Shown piece by piece: positions 39,141 to 53,834 of a stretch of 64,000 nt of DNA (its first letter is position 1; each line of letters begins with the position of its first letter). Under the pieces are notes generated by a model that made no database searches, was not told the origin of the DNA, and was given only the letters and a program-made list of their open reading frames with translations. Source of the stretch: Octopus vulgaris. Lineage: Eukaryota. The translations under genes and the position numbers were made by a program. The stretch is taken from positions 132,618,001 through 132,682,000 of the forward strand of contig OX597819.1 in assembly GCA_951406725.2 (NCBI GenBank). Reading direction: 5' to 3'.

Positions 39141-39825
39141 CAAAATTAGCCGTGTCCCTTCTAGTTCCCTGAATCTCATCACGATTGCTGTTGAGGCAGT
39201 TAGTTATGATGCTCATCACAATGCCGTGTTGTGTATTTTACGCTTAGTTACGTCCCCAAGTGCTCAACTAAAGTCACCTATCAATACGTTGTCCCACCCT
39301 GCAGTAGCTGCAAGGTGGTCATTAGTTTCAACAGAGATGGTCTTTTATATTTTAACATTATTTTAACATTTCATTTCTCTATGATTTTCATTGCTGTACA
39401 CACTTCCTGCCTCTGTCTCAGATAATTCTTTGCGTTTGGCCTTTTATGCTTAAACTCAGAGAAAAACTTGACAGGAACATTCCCGTAGTATTAGTTGACA
39501 TTGTGGGTGACTAGGCACTCCAGATAATTGTAATCTCTATTATTTTCATCTTCAAGATTATCCTTTTTCCGGATTATCCTTTTTACGGATTACATCAGAT
39601 GATGTTTTAGCCATTACAATATGTCTCTTTGGTAGTCAGTGCCATGATGTAAATCTTCGCTTCCGTGGCTCACGTGTTTAGTGTGAGAGTTCCTGCTTCA
39701 GCATTCCTTCATCGTAGACGATATTAATCACTTGGTACCTGCAGTGTTCCCGGTTGGTTGTCGGCGGCGAAGTACTGTTAGGCTGTTGACTGCCAGGCAC
39801 GTATTCTTTAGATTCCTTCAGCATA

Positions 39826-40382
39826 TGACTTGCCCGACGACCTCACGCAACACACCCTTCTATTTGCCGACGATATCAAACTGGTCGCTCCTCGCGGTAA
39901 TATAGAGGATCTTCGTCGATGCCTCCACCAAATTTGGAAGTGGTCTAACGATTGGGACCTGTGTCTGAACGTGTCAAAGTGCTGTCATCTGCCTGTCGGC
40001 TCTACTCCTGCAACTCAACTTGAGTAGTGATCTCATTCTCGCCCACAACATCATAAGTGGAAAGTGTAACCTCTCGAAAGAGCTGTTCTTCACTCCTGCT
40101 CCAGAGCGTCGGCTGCGGGGTCATTCCGAAAAGCTCTACCTGCGACGATTTCATCTCAATCGAAGGAGAGGAGCTTTCTCCGTCCGGGTTGCGGATCCGT
40201 GGAACAAGCTGCCAGACGAGATGGTAAAGATGCCGACGACCGCTTTGTTCAAAGCCTCCCTGGACCTCAAGTGGCCTGAACTCTTTACATGAACACCACC
40301 CTGTACTTAACTCCATGTCCCCCTACATGGCCTTGCTATTTGCTTTTGAGCCAAATTAACTAACTAACTAACTAACTAACTA
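39826..40382 (+). mobile_element. CR1-like LINE 3' fragment with internal deletion and (AACT)n tail
   Basis: LLFADDIKL..LNVSKC joined to RLRGHSEKL..AFSVRVADPWNKLP. Confidence 0.8.
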
Positions 40383-40759
40383 GCATAGAATGATGATACG
40401 AGCTTCAAGTAGAAAGAGAACCACAGCAAAGCTCTTTCCATGCCAGACTTTTCCCTATCAAAGACAATACAAGCATTTGCTGGATTTCACTTGGGGGGAG
40501 TTGTCCAGGGCAAGGCCGGCTGCTCTACGCATTTCAGTATGGTCTCTGGAACTTTTATAAAGTCAATGGGACTCGAACGTCTACGAGTGGAGGAAAAATT
40601 GTCATGCCTCGTTAATTTCTCACATGCGGTCACACTCGTTTGTTACTAAGCAAAACATTTCTTCACAGTCACTTGTACGACTGTAAATATAATGTTACTA
40701 TCACAGTGACCCTACATACATACATAATACATACATACATACATACATTCATACATACA

Positions 40760-40850
40760 TACAAAAGTACCCTGTTGCTGAATTTCCAATGATGGTGCCT
40801 TGGATCTAGGTTCAAAACCGGCTCTTTCTCTATTAACAAGAAATAATGAC
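40760..40850 (+). mobile_element. Extreme 3' end of the R4/Dong-like family, in (CATA)n
   Basis: Reverse-complement match to 26290-26400. Confidence 0.6.
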
Positions 40851-40899
40851 ATACATTCATACGTATGTATGTATGTATGTATGTATGTATGTATGTATG

Positions 40900-40930
<31 letters not shown>

Positions 40931-40934
40931 GTAT

Positions 40935-41227
40935 ACCCCACCAAGCTTGCTTGATGAAGAGGGTGTTTATTGGACACCCTGCGGAATGAAAAACAAAACC
41001 CGTCAAAGGGCGGAGGAACTCTTGAGAGTCAACGGCCATCCAATAAATGTCTTAAGGCTGTATCATGCGCGGGGACATAGAAATAATAAATCGCGCGGAT
41101 AAATACCCGATCGCGCGGTTAAACCATTGGGAGTGAAGGACTCCTAGCCTTTGTCAGGGCATCCTTCTAGGAGAAGGTAACTCAGGTAACTGGGATAACT
41201 CTGACATAAAATCTGCGGCTCAGTGGT

Positions 41228-41229
<2 letters not shown>
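40935..41229 (+). mobile_element. Probable RTE 5'-UTR-derived fragment
   Basis: ctaggagaaggtaactc resembles the conserved RTE 5'-UTR motif; GC-rich island between microsatellites. Confidence 0.4.
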
Positions 41230-41282
<53 letters not shown>

Positions 41283-41525
41283 ATATATAGATGCACAGAT
41301 ACACAGATTGATGTATACATGTATGTATGTATGTATGTATGTATTTATCTATCTATATATAATAACTATAGTCATATATAGGACCTATGTGTGTTATCAT
41401 TATCTGGAAATTTACAGCATTCGGGTTTGTTTACAAATTTATATATATATAATATAACATATATATGTATATATATATATAATATAATTTATGTGTACAT
41501 ATATATATATATACATGTATATATA

Positions 41526-41612
<87 letters not shown>

Positions 41613-41714
41613 GCATATGTACTTACATATGCGTTCATTCCCAGAGAAATGGGTGTACACCGGGTAACCTCTGTCTGCAAAAATGTATTTTATCTATTGT
41701 TGACGTTGTTGTTG

Positions 41715-41764
<50 letters not shown>

Positions 41765-42096
41765 GGTATTATTATCATTATTGTTGTCGTTGTTGTTGTT
41801 GTTGTAGTCACTTTATCCGACAAACAGAACATTGAAAGGATGCTCTAATTGCATTTATTGCCGAGAGATAGGAACCCGTCACGCTCGGCTGCTCTCATCG
41901 CAGTCAGTTTTTAGTGTCGCCACGAAGCAGCTGAATGTGTTTTAGATACAAAGATGGAATAGAGAACCACAGAAATATATACACGCATTCAAACATACAT
42001 ACTCTTGCATAGCACACCCACGCACATATATACAAAAATCACATGCGCACACTCACGTACACACACACACACACACACCACATACACACACACACA

Positions 42097-42133
<37 letters not shown>

Positions 42134-42324
42134 AGAAGCGCTTTTAAATCTGTCCCTTCATTTCCTAAGGCATCAGATTCTGCTCGTTATGAGTAGTCAG
42201 CAACGTGAATACATTCTGACCTAATTAAGGATTTTTTTTTATAATCAAGTGTATAAAATAATGTTCGCTTTAAATCAAAAAATGTATTTTTAAGTTAAAG
42301 TGATACCAGAATTATAGTCCTGAT

Positions 42325-42399
<75 letters not shown>

Positions 42400-42409
<10 letters not shown>

Positions 42410-43517
42410 TGAGAATGCCTGTCTGTCTGTCTGTCTGTGTGAATCCCTAAAACTTGAGAACTACACAACCAATTTCATTCAATTTTACACATGCCTTACT
42501 TAGGGTCCAGGGAGTGTCATGGGCAAAATATTTCTAACTTCTTGCCTAGGGCAATATCATATCTTCTCTACTATTTCAGCATTACCTGTTAAAAGTGAAA
42601 CAAAAACATCTCTATTGTAATGTCAGATACTTTCACTTTAATACTGAAACTATTAAAGTTAAACTATTATATAAGAGGGATAAACCATTAACAGTGGACA
42701 TCCAAACAAGTTATTTGATTGCAGACCTCCTTTCAGTCCTTTTATTATCACTCGGTAACACATAGTCCCCAGATGGTAACATTGATTTCAAGGCCTTCCC
42801 AGATGAGTGACTGGTTATTCAAAGACGTTTATAGATTGTAAATTTATTCTGTCCAGTTACGTATCAGTATAGTGGTCATTTGCAAACTCCAACTTTCATT
42901 TCTCCTTAGCCCTCATGTCACACAGTTGTTAATATTTATTTCAGTTGGGTCACGCCCTTTCAATTGCTATAGATTCGTAATGCATCTTACGGCTGTGCCT
43001 GTCACCTGGATGATGAGGAATCCTACATTGAGAGTGGTAACGACTAGGGTAAGGACTGCTTATTGTGATCATTCGTCTTTTGCTTTCCTGTAGCTTTGCT
43101 CTCTTTTACAAACCCAGTGAACATATATTTCCTATTTCAAAGAAATTCTATCAATAGATATAAGACCCAAGTTAAAAAGATTCTCAACAATTCAACTTCT
43201 CTGGTTGACATTAAGATGCCCACTCCGAATAGGGGCATTAACTCCCACATTTTAGAGGTCCATTACCTCCAGTTTTCAGGAGCAAAATCCTTTTAACAGA
43301 TTCAATAAGACTGGAATTTTGGAATATGCGCATAAAACTCAGCAGTATGGGATACATGTGGCACGATTACAATTTTTTTAGTGTGTGTAAAGAGAGAAAT
43401 AACCCTCATCTGCAATTTTGATGAAACATAGATATTTCAGTTCATTAGAGAAAATATAACAGAAAAGTCTAATTCTTCAATTGTATGTAACACGGGCAAC
43501 GCCTGGTATCTCTGCTA

Positions 43518-43518
<1 letters not shown>
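42400..43518 (+). mobile_element. Non-autonomous Helitron-like element
   Basis: 5' tatataaaa followed by (GTCT)n; 3' short GC-rich hairpin-like cgggcaacgcctgg followed by CTAG|T; (TA)n flanks. Confidence 0.6.
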
Positions 43519-43550
<32 letters not shown>

Positions 43551-43552
<2 letters not shown>

Positions 43553-43789
43553 ACCGTGAAAAAATCTTCGGTTACTTTAAACTATTGTAAATTTTTACCA
43601 ATTTCTAGCTTATAAATGGATGTTTCGCACTGCGTTTTTTACAGAAGAAACATTGACTCTGTTGGAGTCAGATTTTGTTGTGTTGCACGCGATCTGTGGC
43701 ATGAAGCTCCGTCATGCTGAAAAATCTCACCTTCATCCAAGTCTGTTTACAATAGTTTAAAGTGCCAGAAGACATATTCCACGGTAGTG
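43551..43789 (-). mobile_element. Tc1-type deletion derivative (~240 bp)
   Basis: ~40-bp inverted termini including actttaaactattgtaaa; TA flanks; FQHDGASCHRSRAT transposase motif on the minus strand. Confidence 0.75.
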
Positions 43790-43804
43790 TATATATATTT
43801 ACGT

Positions 43805-43859
<55 letters not shown>

Positions 43860-44269
43860 ATGCGTTACTGCGTGTGTGTGTTTGTGCACATTTAGATACA
43901 TGTGTGTGTGTGTATACGTACACATATATACGACAAGCTTTCAGTTTCAGTCTTCGAAATCCACTGAGAAGTCTTTGGGTGGATGGTGACTACAGGAGAA
44001 GATACTTGCTCAAGGTGTCACACTGGGTAGGCAAGCGTCTTCCACTACAACTTCTGTAAATATGGTAGATTGGAACTGAAAATATCCTATTGTATATATA
44101 TATATATATACGTATGTGTCTGTGTATGAGTATGTATACATATTCCATTTTTTTTATTATATATGTCAAGTATTTCCCTAAAGTCGACATGCCGTTAAGA
44201 TAAGGGTAACTTTCTAGGTGCAATCCCATGGTCAGTCATGACCGAAGGGGGTCTCAGGATATATATATA

Positions 44270-44640
44270 TTCGCAGTCTTGGTTTCTGCCAGGGTCTCTT
44301 TCCACTAACAAGTTCCCCATATAGCATCTGTTTAGGGATCCGCTATCCTTCATTCTAATAAGGTGTCCAGTCCAACGTGACCGGGGCTTGTGCACCATCG
44401 TCTCAATACTCAAGTTATCAGCTTTCCTTAAGACCTGTGTTCTTGGAGCTTTTAAAGTCCAGCCAACATTCAGATATGGAGGAAGCAGGTTAAGGAGGGA
44501 GTCGACACCTTTGAGAGAGCACGTGTGCTTCATGAAGAATTTAAGTGTCCTGCTCGAAAGCGCACGGCTGGTGTAGTGAATGGGGAAAGCTTGGTCTGCA
44601 ATGTAGCAGTGCCGTATGCTTATCAAGAGCAGGGTTCATT
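44270..44640 (-). mobile_element. Degenerate RTE LINE fragment
   Basis: VLRKADNLSIETM..RWTGHLIRMKDS..PKQMLYGELVSGKRP. Confidence 0.7.
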
Positions 44641-44817
44641 AGCCACCAACGGAGTCACTAATGCAAAATATAAGTTAGTCCTAGAGCGCACAAAATTCCT
44701 AAAGGTCAGCAATGGTCTTCCACGGTCACGAATGGACGGCCATCATCATCATCATACACACACAAACACATTTGTATATCAGCATGGGATAAGAAATCGG
44801 TGCGTCGACAAAATTAC

Positions 44818-44892
44818 CTTGATGTATTTCTTCTATCCGGTTACCTTCAGGTTGACATTGCCTTTGTTTCTTTTCAAGATCGATAAAATGTA
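44818..44892 (-). CDS. Possible 75-nt internal exon of an unidentified host gene
   Basis: Acceptor tatttcgatttcag, donor AAG|gtaatt, open symmetric phase-1 frame HFIDLEKKQRQCQPEGNRIEEIHQ; no recognised homology. Confidence 0.2.
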
Positions 44893-45484
44893 CTGAAATC
44901 GAAATATGCTACGTAGGCAGTGGTTTTCAATGGCCACCAAGACATTCTTTTCTTATTTCTTGAAAGACTCACCTTTAGGCTCTCTTTCAATATATTAGAG
45001 TCGCGTCTCACATAGACTCTGACTTTTGAACGTCTTTGACTCCTCGTTCGCTACTCATGTGTTATATTTAAAAAAGTTCTCTTTTGGAAACAGAGTTACT
45101 GCTATTTGTTTACACAACAGTATTTTGTGGAATCCAACACCAATAAATACACCCATTGTTTCAGCAATAAATGGCTTTGTTAGAGTTTGGTAAGAATTTG
45201 CAATAATTTATAAATTTGCTATATTTTGATAAAACAAATTTACATTCCTGCCAGAATTGTTTCTTAATTTTTAGCATGTGATGCGTCACGTGTCCGTGTA
45301 TTATGATTTAAAGTCGAAACAATACGCAAAACGTTTTGGAATATATGAAGTAATTACAGCTATTGGCAGAACTGTAAACAGAGAAAATGTCAAGTTAACA
45401 CAAAGGAGCGAACAAGTTCTCAAGATCTCGTTTTAGAATTGTGGGTTGCATATTTCCTCAGCAGTCCAGTAATTGTAGTCATAG

Positions 45485-45576
<92 letters not shown>

Positions 45577-46084
45577 CGCACGCACACACATACATAATCT
45601 AAAGTTAATACCTGCAGGCGACATTATGTATTCAAGTACCACATTTTCCTTCCAGAGAAAACATTCCTCAAGATCAATAAAAATATCAATTTTCGCGTTT
45701 CTTTTCGACAGTGTGAGCGGCATGTAGTGAAATTCTTTATGAACAAAGAATTTCTAGCAGGTTTCGTTTCCAACTTGGAGCCAGTTATTACTTAACGTTC
45801 ACGAAAAATGCTCAAACGTTTCATTCTTAAGTGCACCGCTACCCCACCTTCCCATAAATTTGAGCTTTTGTGCGGGAGAAAGAAATCAATATCCTTCTTT
45901 TCAGAAAATAATAGCTTCACAATGTTCCTGTGAAAGATTGATTGGTTAAAAAAAATGGAATCGGTATAATTTCTTCTTTAGATTAGACATTTTTCTTATT
46001 GCAATAATATGCATACATTTACGCATCCACATACACACATACACACACGCATATGTATATATACATACACACATACACACACGA

Positions 46085-46141
<57 letters not shown>

Positions 46142-47162
46142 CATACATGCATATACACACTCATACATAGATATAGACATATCTATGTGTATATATATAT
46201 ATATATCCATACATATACACACATAAATATATATATGTACATATGTAGGTATACATACATATATCTACATATATACATATACACTCATACACATATGCAC
46301 ACATACACACACATACACACGCAGGCGCGCACACACATACACACACACACACACGCATCTATATATTCTGTAATTGACTGTCAGCTCTAATAAGATACAA
46401 AAACACATATTGAAAATGAAAGAAGATTAGAGACTACGACAGGTAATGTGACCACCCATTGTAAAAGTCACTTCCTCTCTTCACAAACAATGCGATTTAG
46501 AATTAGCTCCCGTTCTCAGCATATTCTTCCATCTTTCTCATATTATAAGGAGCTATTTCAATCACCGAAAGCGAGCGACACTCGTCTCTTCGCCTCTTCA
46601 GTTCTATCGCACTCAGAGAAAACAGTTTTGTCCAACCAGTTTTAACCAGTTTTCAAACTATTCCGTTTAAGATCTGTTGTGACCTCGAGTTCTTATTCTT
46701 CCCCATATGTCACATAAATGTTGGCCTTCAGAACATTATCGTATCGATCTGGGAATGTTTGCAGAAATCAGGAGAAGTGCATCTCCTCTGTTGACGAAAT
46801 CATGCAAAAAGCTGTCTTGCAGAAAATTACTTTTTAAAACAAGAATTCGCAATAAACGACAAGCAGCTCGTTCAGCTTGGAGTCATTCTACTTCCAGAAC
46901 CACATTTTAAGGGGTTAAAAAAAACTTCTGAATTATTTCATTCTCTTTATATTTCTTCTGTGAATGTTAATCTCCCCCTCCCCTCTCTCTCTGTCGCTCT
47001 CTCACCCTCTCTGTATATTTCTCCTTTCTCTCTTCATCTTTCTCATTTCAACATCATCAGTACCAACGTCGCCACTGCTACCATGACTATAAACTGTTTC
47101 TTTCTTATTTTGACTTATCCTAGCGAGACATGAAAGGTAGATAGGAACGTACTCTTGTATTA

Positions 47163-47194
<32 letters not shown>

Positions 47195-47214
47195 GTATAT
47201 ATATTTATATATAT

Positions 47215-48229
<1,015 letters not shown>

Positions 48230-48252
48230 ATATATATATACATATATATATA

Positions 48253-48420
48253 CGCGCAAGGGTGGCTGTGTGGTAAGTAGCTTGCTTACTAACCACATGG
48301 TTCCGGGTTCAGTCCAACTGCATAGGACCTTGGTCAAGTGTCTTCTACTATAGCCCTAGGCCGACCAAAGCCTTGTGAGTGGATTCGGTGGACGGAAACT
48401 GAAAGAGGTCCGTCGTATAT
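48253..48420 (+). mobile_element. Family-A SINE 5' half
   Basis: gtggctgtgtggtaagtagcttgc...ggttccgggttcagtcc...gacggaaactgaaag, then microsatellite. Confidence 0.8.
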
Positions 48421-48426
48421 ATATAC

Positions 48427-48457
<31 letters not shown>

Positions 48458-48657
48458 TATGTGTGTGTGTGTGTATGTGTGTGTATGTATGTGTGCGTGT
48501 GTGTGTATGTGTGCGTTTGTGTGTATGTGTGTGTGTGTATGTGTGCGTGTGTGTGTATGTGTATGTATGTGTGTATGTATGTGTGCGCGCGCGCGTGTAG
48601 GGAATGTAGAGATCTAGAGTCTATAGTGATAACAACAACAACAACAACAACAACAAT

Positions 48658-48746
<89 letters not shown>

Positions 48747-49098
48747 TCAAGTTAGGTTTAGTGATTCCAAGATATTTGATGGCAGCAGTATTAGGATAGT
48801 TGGAATAAGAAATCAAAGTAGTAAAACATGATTGTATAGGTTTGGAATCCCCTTATAAGATTCCTGGATAGATTTCGACATAGAATGGTGACGTCACTGC
48901 ACCTTTTGTTGTTCTGTTCAATGTTTTCGTTCATAATGGCGAAGTGTACGTTAAATAATATCAAATTTCATTAAACCGTGCACAAAGTATGAATAAATTA
49001 TGGAAAGAACAAACAGATATAAACATCTGTATAAATATTAAAGGAAGGAATATTTCGTGATTCATTCATTCATACATACATACATACATACATACATA

Positions 49099-49129
<31 letters not shown>

Positions 49130-49134
49130 TTATA

Positions 49135-49181
<47 letters not shown>

Positions 49182-49211
49182 TATATAATTATATATATAT
49201 ATATATTTATA

Positions 49212-49251
<40 letters not shown>

Positions 49252-49304
49252 AGTGTATGTATGTATATATGTATATATATATATATATATAGGGAGAGAG
49301 AGAG

Positions 49305-49343
<39 letters not shown>

Positions 49344-49692
49344 CAGAGAAGGATAGAGAGAAATAGAGAAAGAGAGATGACAAAAGAAAACAGGAGAGTC
49401 AGCTTGTAAAATATTTACTTAACTCTGGTGTTTTCTGTTGTTTCCTCTCTGTACTCGGTGACATCCACATCTGCGGCCTATAATGCAAGCCTCCTCCTCA
49501 CGGTTTTCCTTAAGCTATATGGGAGTCAGGGTGGGGGGTGGGCGTTGTGGAAGTACACACGGAATCATAAATACTGGTTCTATGTCGTGCGATTTGGAAT
49601 TTTAAATCGTATTATGTGTGTGTGTGTGAGCATCTGTGTTCATGTGTAATGGTGTGTGAGTAAGTGAGTCTGTGTGCGTGTTTGGCTCTGTG

Positions 49693-49731
<39 letters not shown>

Positions 49732-49874
49732 TCCATTCCTAACTATTTCTATAAATGTTGATATCTGTAAGTTCCTTTTACATCTGAATTCATGTATATA
49801 TATATGTATATGTATATCTCATCTATTCATATGAAAAAACCTGCCCCCGCCAAACAAGCACGTGCGCGCGCGCT

Positions 49875-49920
<46 letters not shown>

Positions 49921-51244
49921 TACAGCTACCATTAGCCATAGATATGTTTTCATAAAAAAAACGTATAGTTTGGGCAGGTAGACGTACAAGTACAACATAT
50001 AAACATTCCATGTACGTATGTATGATATTTGTGTGTTTTTGTGTGTGTATATGTGTGTGTATTTATGTATGTACGTCTCTCTGCCTGCCTGTATGTATGT
50101 ATATATGTATGTACGTATGTATGTATGTAATGTATATATAAACACACGCAAGCGTTTTATACACTCAGTGAGTCAGGACAGATACATCTTCGAAAATAGG
50201 TTTTTTTCCCTTTTCTTTTCGCTTGATTTTTCTGTTGAATCTCTTCTTTTCGTTTTCCGTTTCTTCAGCCAATAGTTTATTCAAGAACCAAAATAGATAA
50301 CATCACGAACGCGTGCAGGCACCAGTCACCAGCTCCTTCCTATATATATATATATATATACAAATATTTATACTTCTATGTATGCGTGTATGTATGTATG
50401 TGTGTATGTATGTATGTATGTATGTATGTGTGTATGTATGTATGTATGTATGTGTGTATGTGTGTATGCATGTATGTGTGTATGTATGTATGTATGTGTG
50501 TATGTATGTATGTATGTATGTATGTATGTATGTATGTATGTATGTGTGTATGTATGTATGTATGTGTGTATGTATGTGTGTATGTATGTATGTATGTGTG
50601 TATGCATGTATGTGTGTATGTATGTATGTATGTGTGTATGTATGTATGTATGTATGTATGTGTGTGTGTATGTATGTATGTATGTGTGTATGTACGTATG
50701 TATGTATGTATGTATGTATGTACGTATGTATGTATGTGTGTGTGTGTATGTATGTGTGTGTAAGTATGTATGTATGCATATATGTATGTATGTGTGTATG
50801 TATGCTTTTGTGCATGTCTGTATATGTATTTGTATGTATATGCACACACACACAAACACACACATACACACATATATATGCACGCGCGCACACACATATA
50901 TATACATGCACACATACACAGACACGCACATACATATATATACAGTTGCGCGCGCACACACACCTATATATACATGCACTCACACACACATATTCGCAAT
51001 AAAAAGGTTGATAGTGACTTCGAAGTGTTGTCAGAGTTGACGTAACTTATTGAAACTAAATTAAAAGGTGGGATTTGGTCGAAGAACTACGATAGAAATA
51101 GTTTTACGGTTGGATGGAACTGGTCGAATGAGGAGGTGGTGAAGCGTGGAAAAGGTTTTAGCTGAACGCTATCGGTCAGCATTTGGTCCAGACTAATATG
51201 AAAGAAAAAGGGATTGAATTGGAGATGATCTCTTAGTAAGGATA

Positions 51245-51416
51245 TACTCTTTACTCTTTTACTCTTTTACTTGTTTCAGTCATTTTGACTGCGGCCATGC
51301 TGGAGCACCGCCTTTAATCTAGCAACTCGACCCCAGGACTTATTCTTTTGTAAGCCCAGTACTTATTCTATCGGTCTCTTTTGCCGAACCACTAAGTAAC
51401 GGGGACATAAACACAA

Positions 51417-51467
<51 letters not shown>

Positions 51468-51632
51468 TACGACAGGCTTCTTTCAGTTTCCGTCTACCAA
51501 ATCCACTCACAAGGCTTTGGTCGGCCCGAGGCTATAGTAGAAGACATTTGCCCAAGGTGCCACGCAGTGGGACTGAACCCGGAACCATGTGGTTGGTAAG
51601 CAAGCTACTTACCACACAGCCATTCCTACGCC
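51245..51632 (-). mobile_element. Family-A SINE (head, internal microsatellite, CR1-like tail)
   Basis: Reverse complement of 59451-59906 with a small deletion. Confidence 0.85.
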
Positions 51633-52489
51633 TATATAAGAAATAATGGACGAAAATGGCTTTGAAAATCTGGAATAAATGGTGTCCGTGTATAGTGATG
51701 GCTATGAAAGCAGTGGCAGAAGAAGAAAGGTGGAGGCCAGCGAAATAAAGTGATACTTCGATTATATTTAAAATTAGATTTATTAATTGGTTTGGAAAGA
51801 ATACGATTGACTTGATAAAGTTCCTCACGAGTTATTGTAATATGAAATTTACGACCAGAGTTTACGAAGGTCTTTAATGGAGTAGACGTAATTTAATTAC
51901 AATAATTTAAAATAAAATTTAAGTAAATTGGTTATCCGATAGAATCGATAATGGATCAATAGCAGAGAGGTAATCTTAATGAAGGAAATCTGGTTTGAGG
52001 ACAGGGGGTAAATGAAGACGTTGACAAATAATTAACAGAAAAAAGTTAACAGAATGAAAAAAAGGTGTGGAGGTTAATGAAGAATTAAATTTTTAAAAAA
52101 AGTATGGTGGATCTTTGTAATGGAGGGGAAACGGTTAAGTAGAGAATTAAGGGTAAGAGAAATACGAGGTTGTTTATGCGGGGGGGGGGGGGAGGGTTTT
52201 TCATTGAAATAATCGCAAGAGGAAATGAAAAATGAAATCGATTGAGCACACATCTATCTCCTTTTCTGTCTCTGTCTCTGTCTGTCTGTCTCTCTGCAGT
52301 ATATAGTATAGTAGCCAGTATCCTAACTTTAGACGGTGGGTAGGAATCCAGTACCCCAGAGGCAGCCCAGATTCTTCTGGCGAAAGCACTGCCGTATGCC
52401 CCACCCCCGCCCCTAATTGCCACGTCCTTTCGCATCCAGCTCTCTGCGCAGCAACGTTGCAAAATGGTTTCTGCTTTCTCTCCGGGCCA

Positions 52490-53241
52490 ACCAGTATTTT
52501 GTGAGTGGATTTAGTAGCAGAAGACCGCGTGGAAACTCGTCGAATATGTGTTTGTGTTTGTCCGTCGCGCCGGTTGACGGACAAACTAAAATGTCGGTTG
52601 AACAAAGAAGACAACAACAGAATAAGTGTTGGGCTTAAAACATGCTCTGGGTGGTTTTGTTCGATTAACCAGTTGACGAGAGGGTCCCAGCAGGGCTGCG
52701 GTTCAACGATTAAAACAAACAACAGAATAACATAGTGTGTGTTTGTGTGTCTGTGTTTGTCTCCCCAACATCGCTTGACAACCGGTGCCGGTGGGTTTAC
52801 TTCCCCGTCACTTAGCGGTTCGGCAAAAGACACCGATAGAATAAGTACTAGGCTTAAAAAGAATAAGTCCTGGGGTCGATTTGCTCGACTAAAGGCGGTG
52901 CTCCAGCATGGCCACAGTCAAATGACTGAAACAAGTAAAAGAGTATAGGCTCAGGTGTGGCCCGCATGGTTCCGGGTACAATCCCACTGCGCGGCAACTC
53001 AGGTGTTTTCCTCTTCAGCATGTCTTGTCAGTGGATTTGGTAGACGGAAACTGAAAGCGATCGTAAAAGCAAGTACCAGGCTATAAAAAAAAGTGGTGGG
53101 GTCGATGAGTTGGCAGTGCCCCAGCATGGCCGCGGTCGAATGACTGAAACGCGTAAAAAAATAAAAGAAACGACAGAGATATGTGCGTGTGTGTGTGTAC
53201 ACATACACACAAATGCAAACATTCATTCACACACACGCACG

Positions 53242-53340
<99 letters not shown>

Positions 53341-53450
53341 TATCAAAAAAGTCACCGACATGGGAAATTCATGGCTATTGAATTGCTGAAATTGTTAGCA
53401 GCTTATACAACGATGTTTAGTATAAAAATTACCTTATATATACAGATGCA

Positions 53451-53519
<69 letters not shown>

Positions 53520-53718
53520 GTGCGTGTGTGTGTGTGTTTGTCCCCCGCCCCAGCATCGCTTGACAACCGATGCTGGTGTGTTTACATCACCGTAACTTAG
53601 CGGTTTGGTAAAAGGGACGATAGAATAAGTAATAGGCTTACGAAGAATAAGTCCTTGGGTCGATTTGCTCGACTAGACGTGATGCTCCAGCATGGCCGCA
53701 GTCAAATGGCTAAAACAG

Positions 53719-53720
<2 letters not shown>
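52490..53720 (+). mobile_element. Cluster of family-A SINE pieces (52490-52640, 52740-52945, 52946-53160, 53520-53720)
   Basis: Repeated ...ggggtcgatttgctcgact...ccagcatggcc...gactgaaac tails. Confidence 0.75.
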
Positions 53721-53761
<41 letters not shown>

Positions 53762-53834
53762 CACACACATACATATGTACACATACATATACATGCATAT
53801 GCGAGCTGTCAAACGCACATGCGAGCCTTCTTTT

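Noticed and set aside
41040-41155. Possible HDV-like ribozyme in the RTE-5'-like fragment
   Set aside because: Candidate P1/P2 pairings exist, but L3/P1.1 and the catalytic C in J4/2 could not be placed
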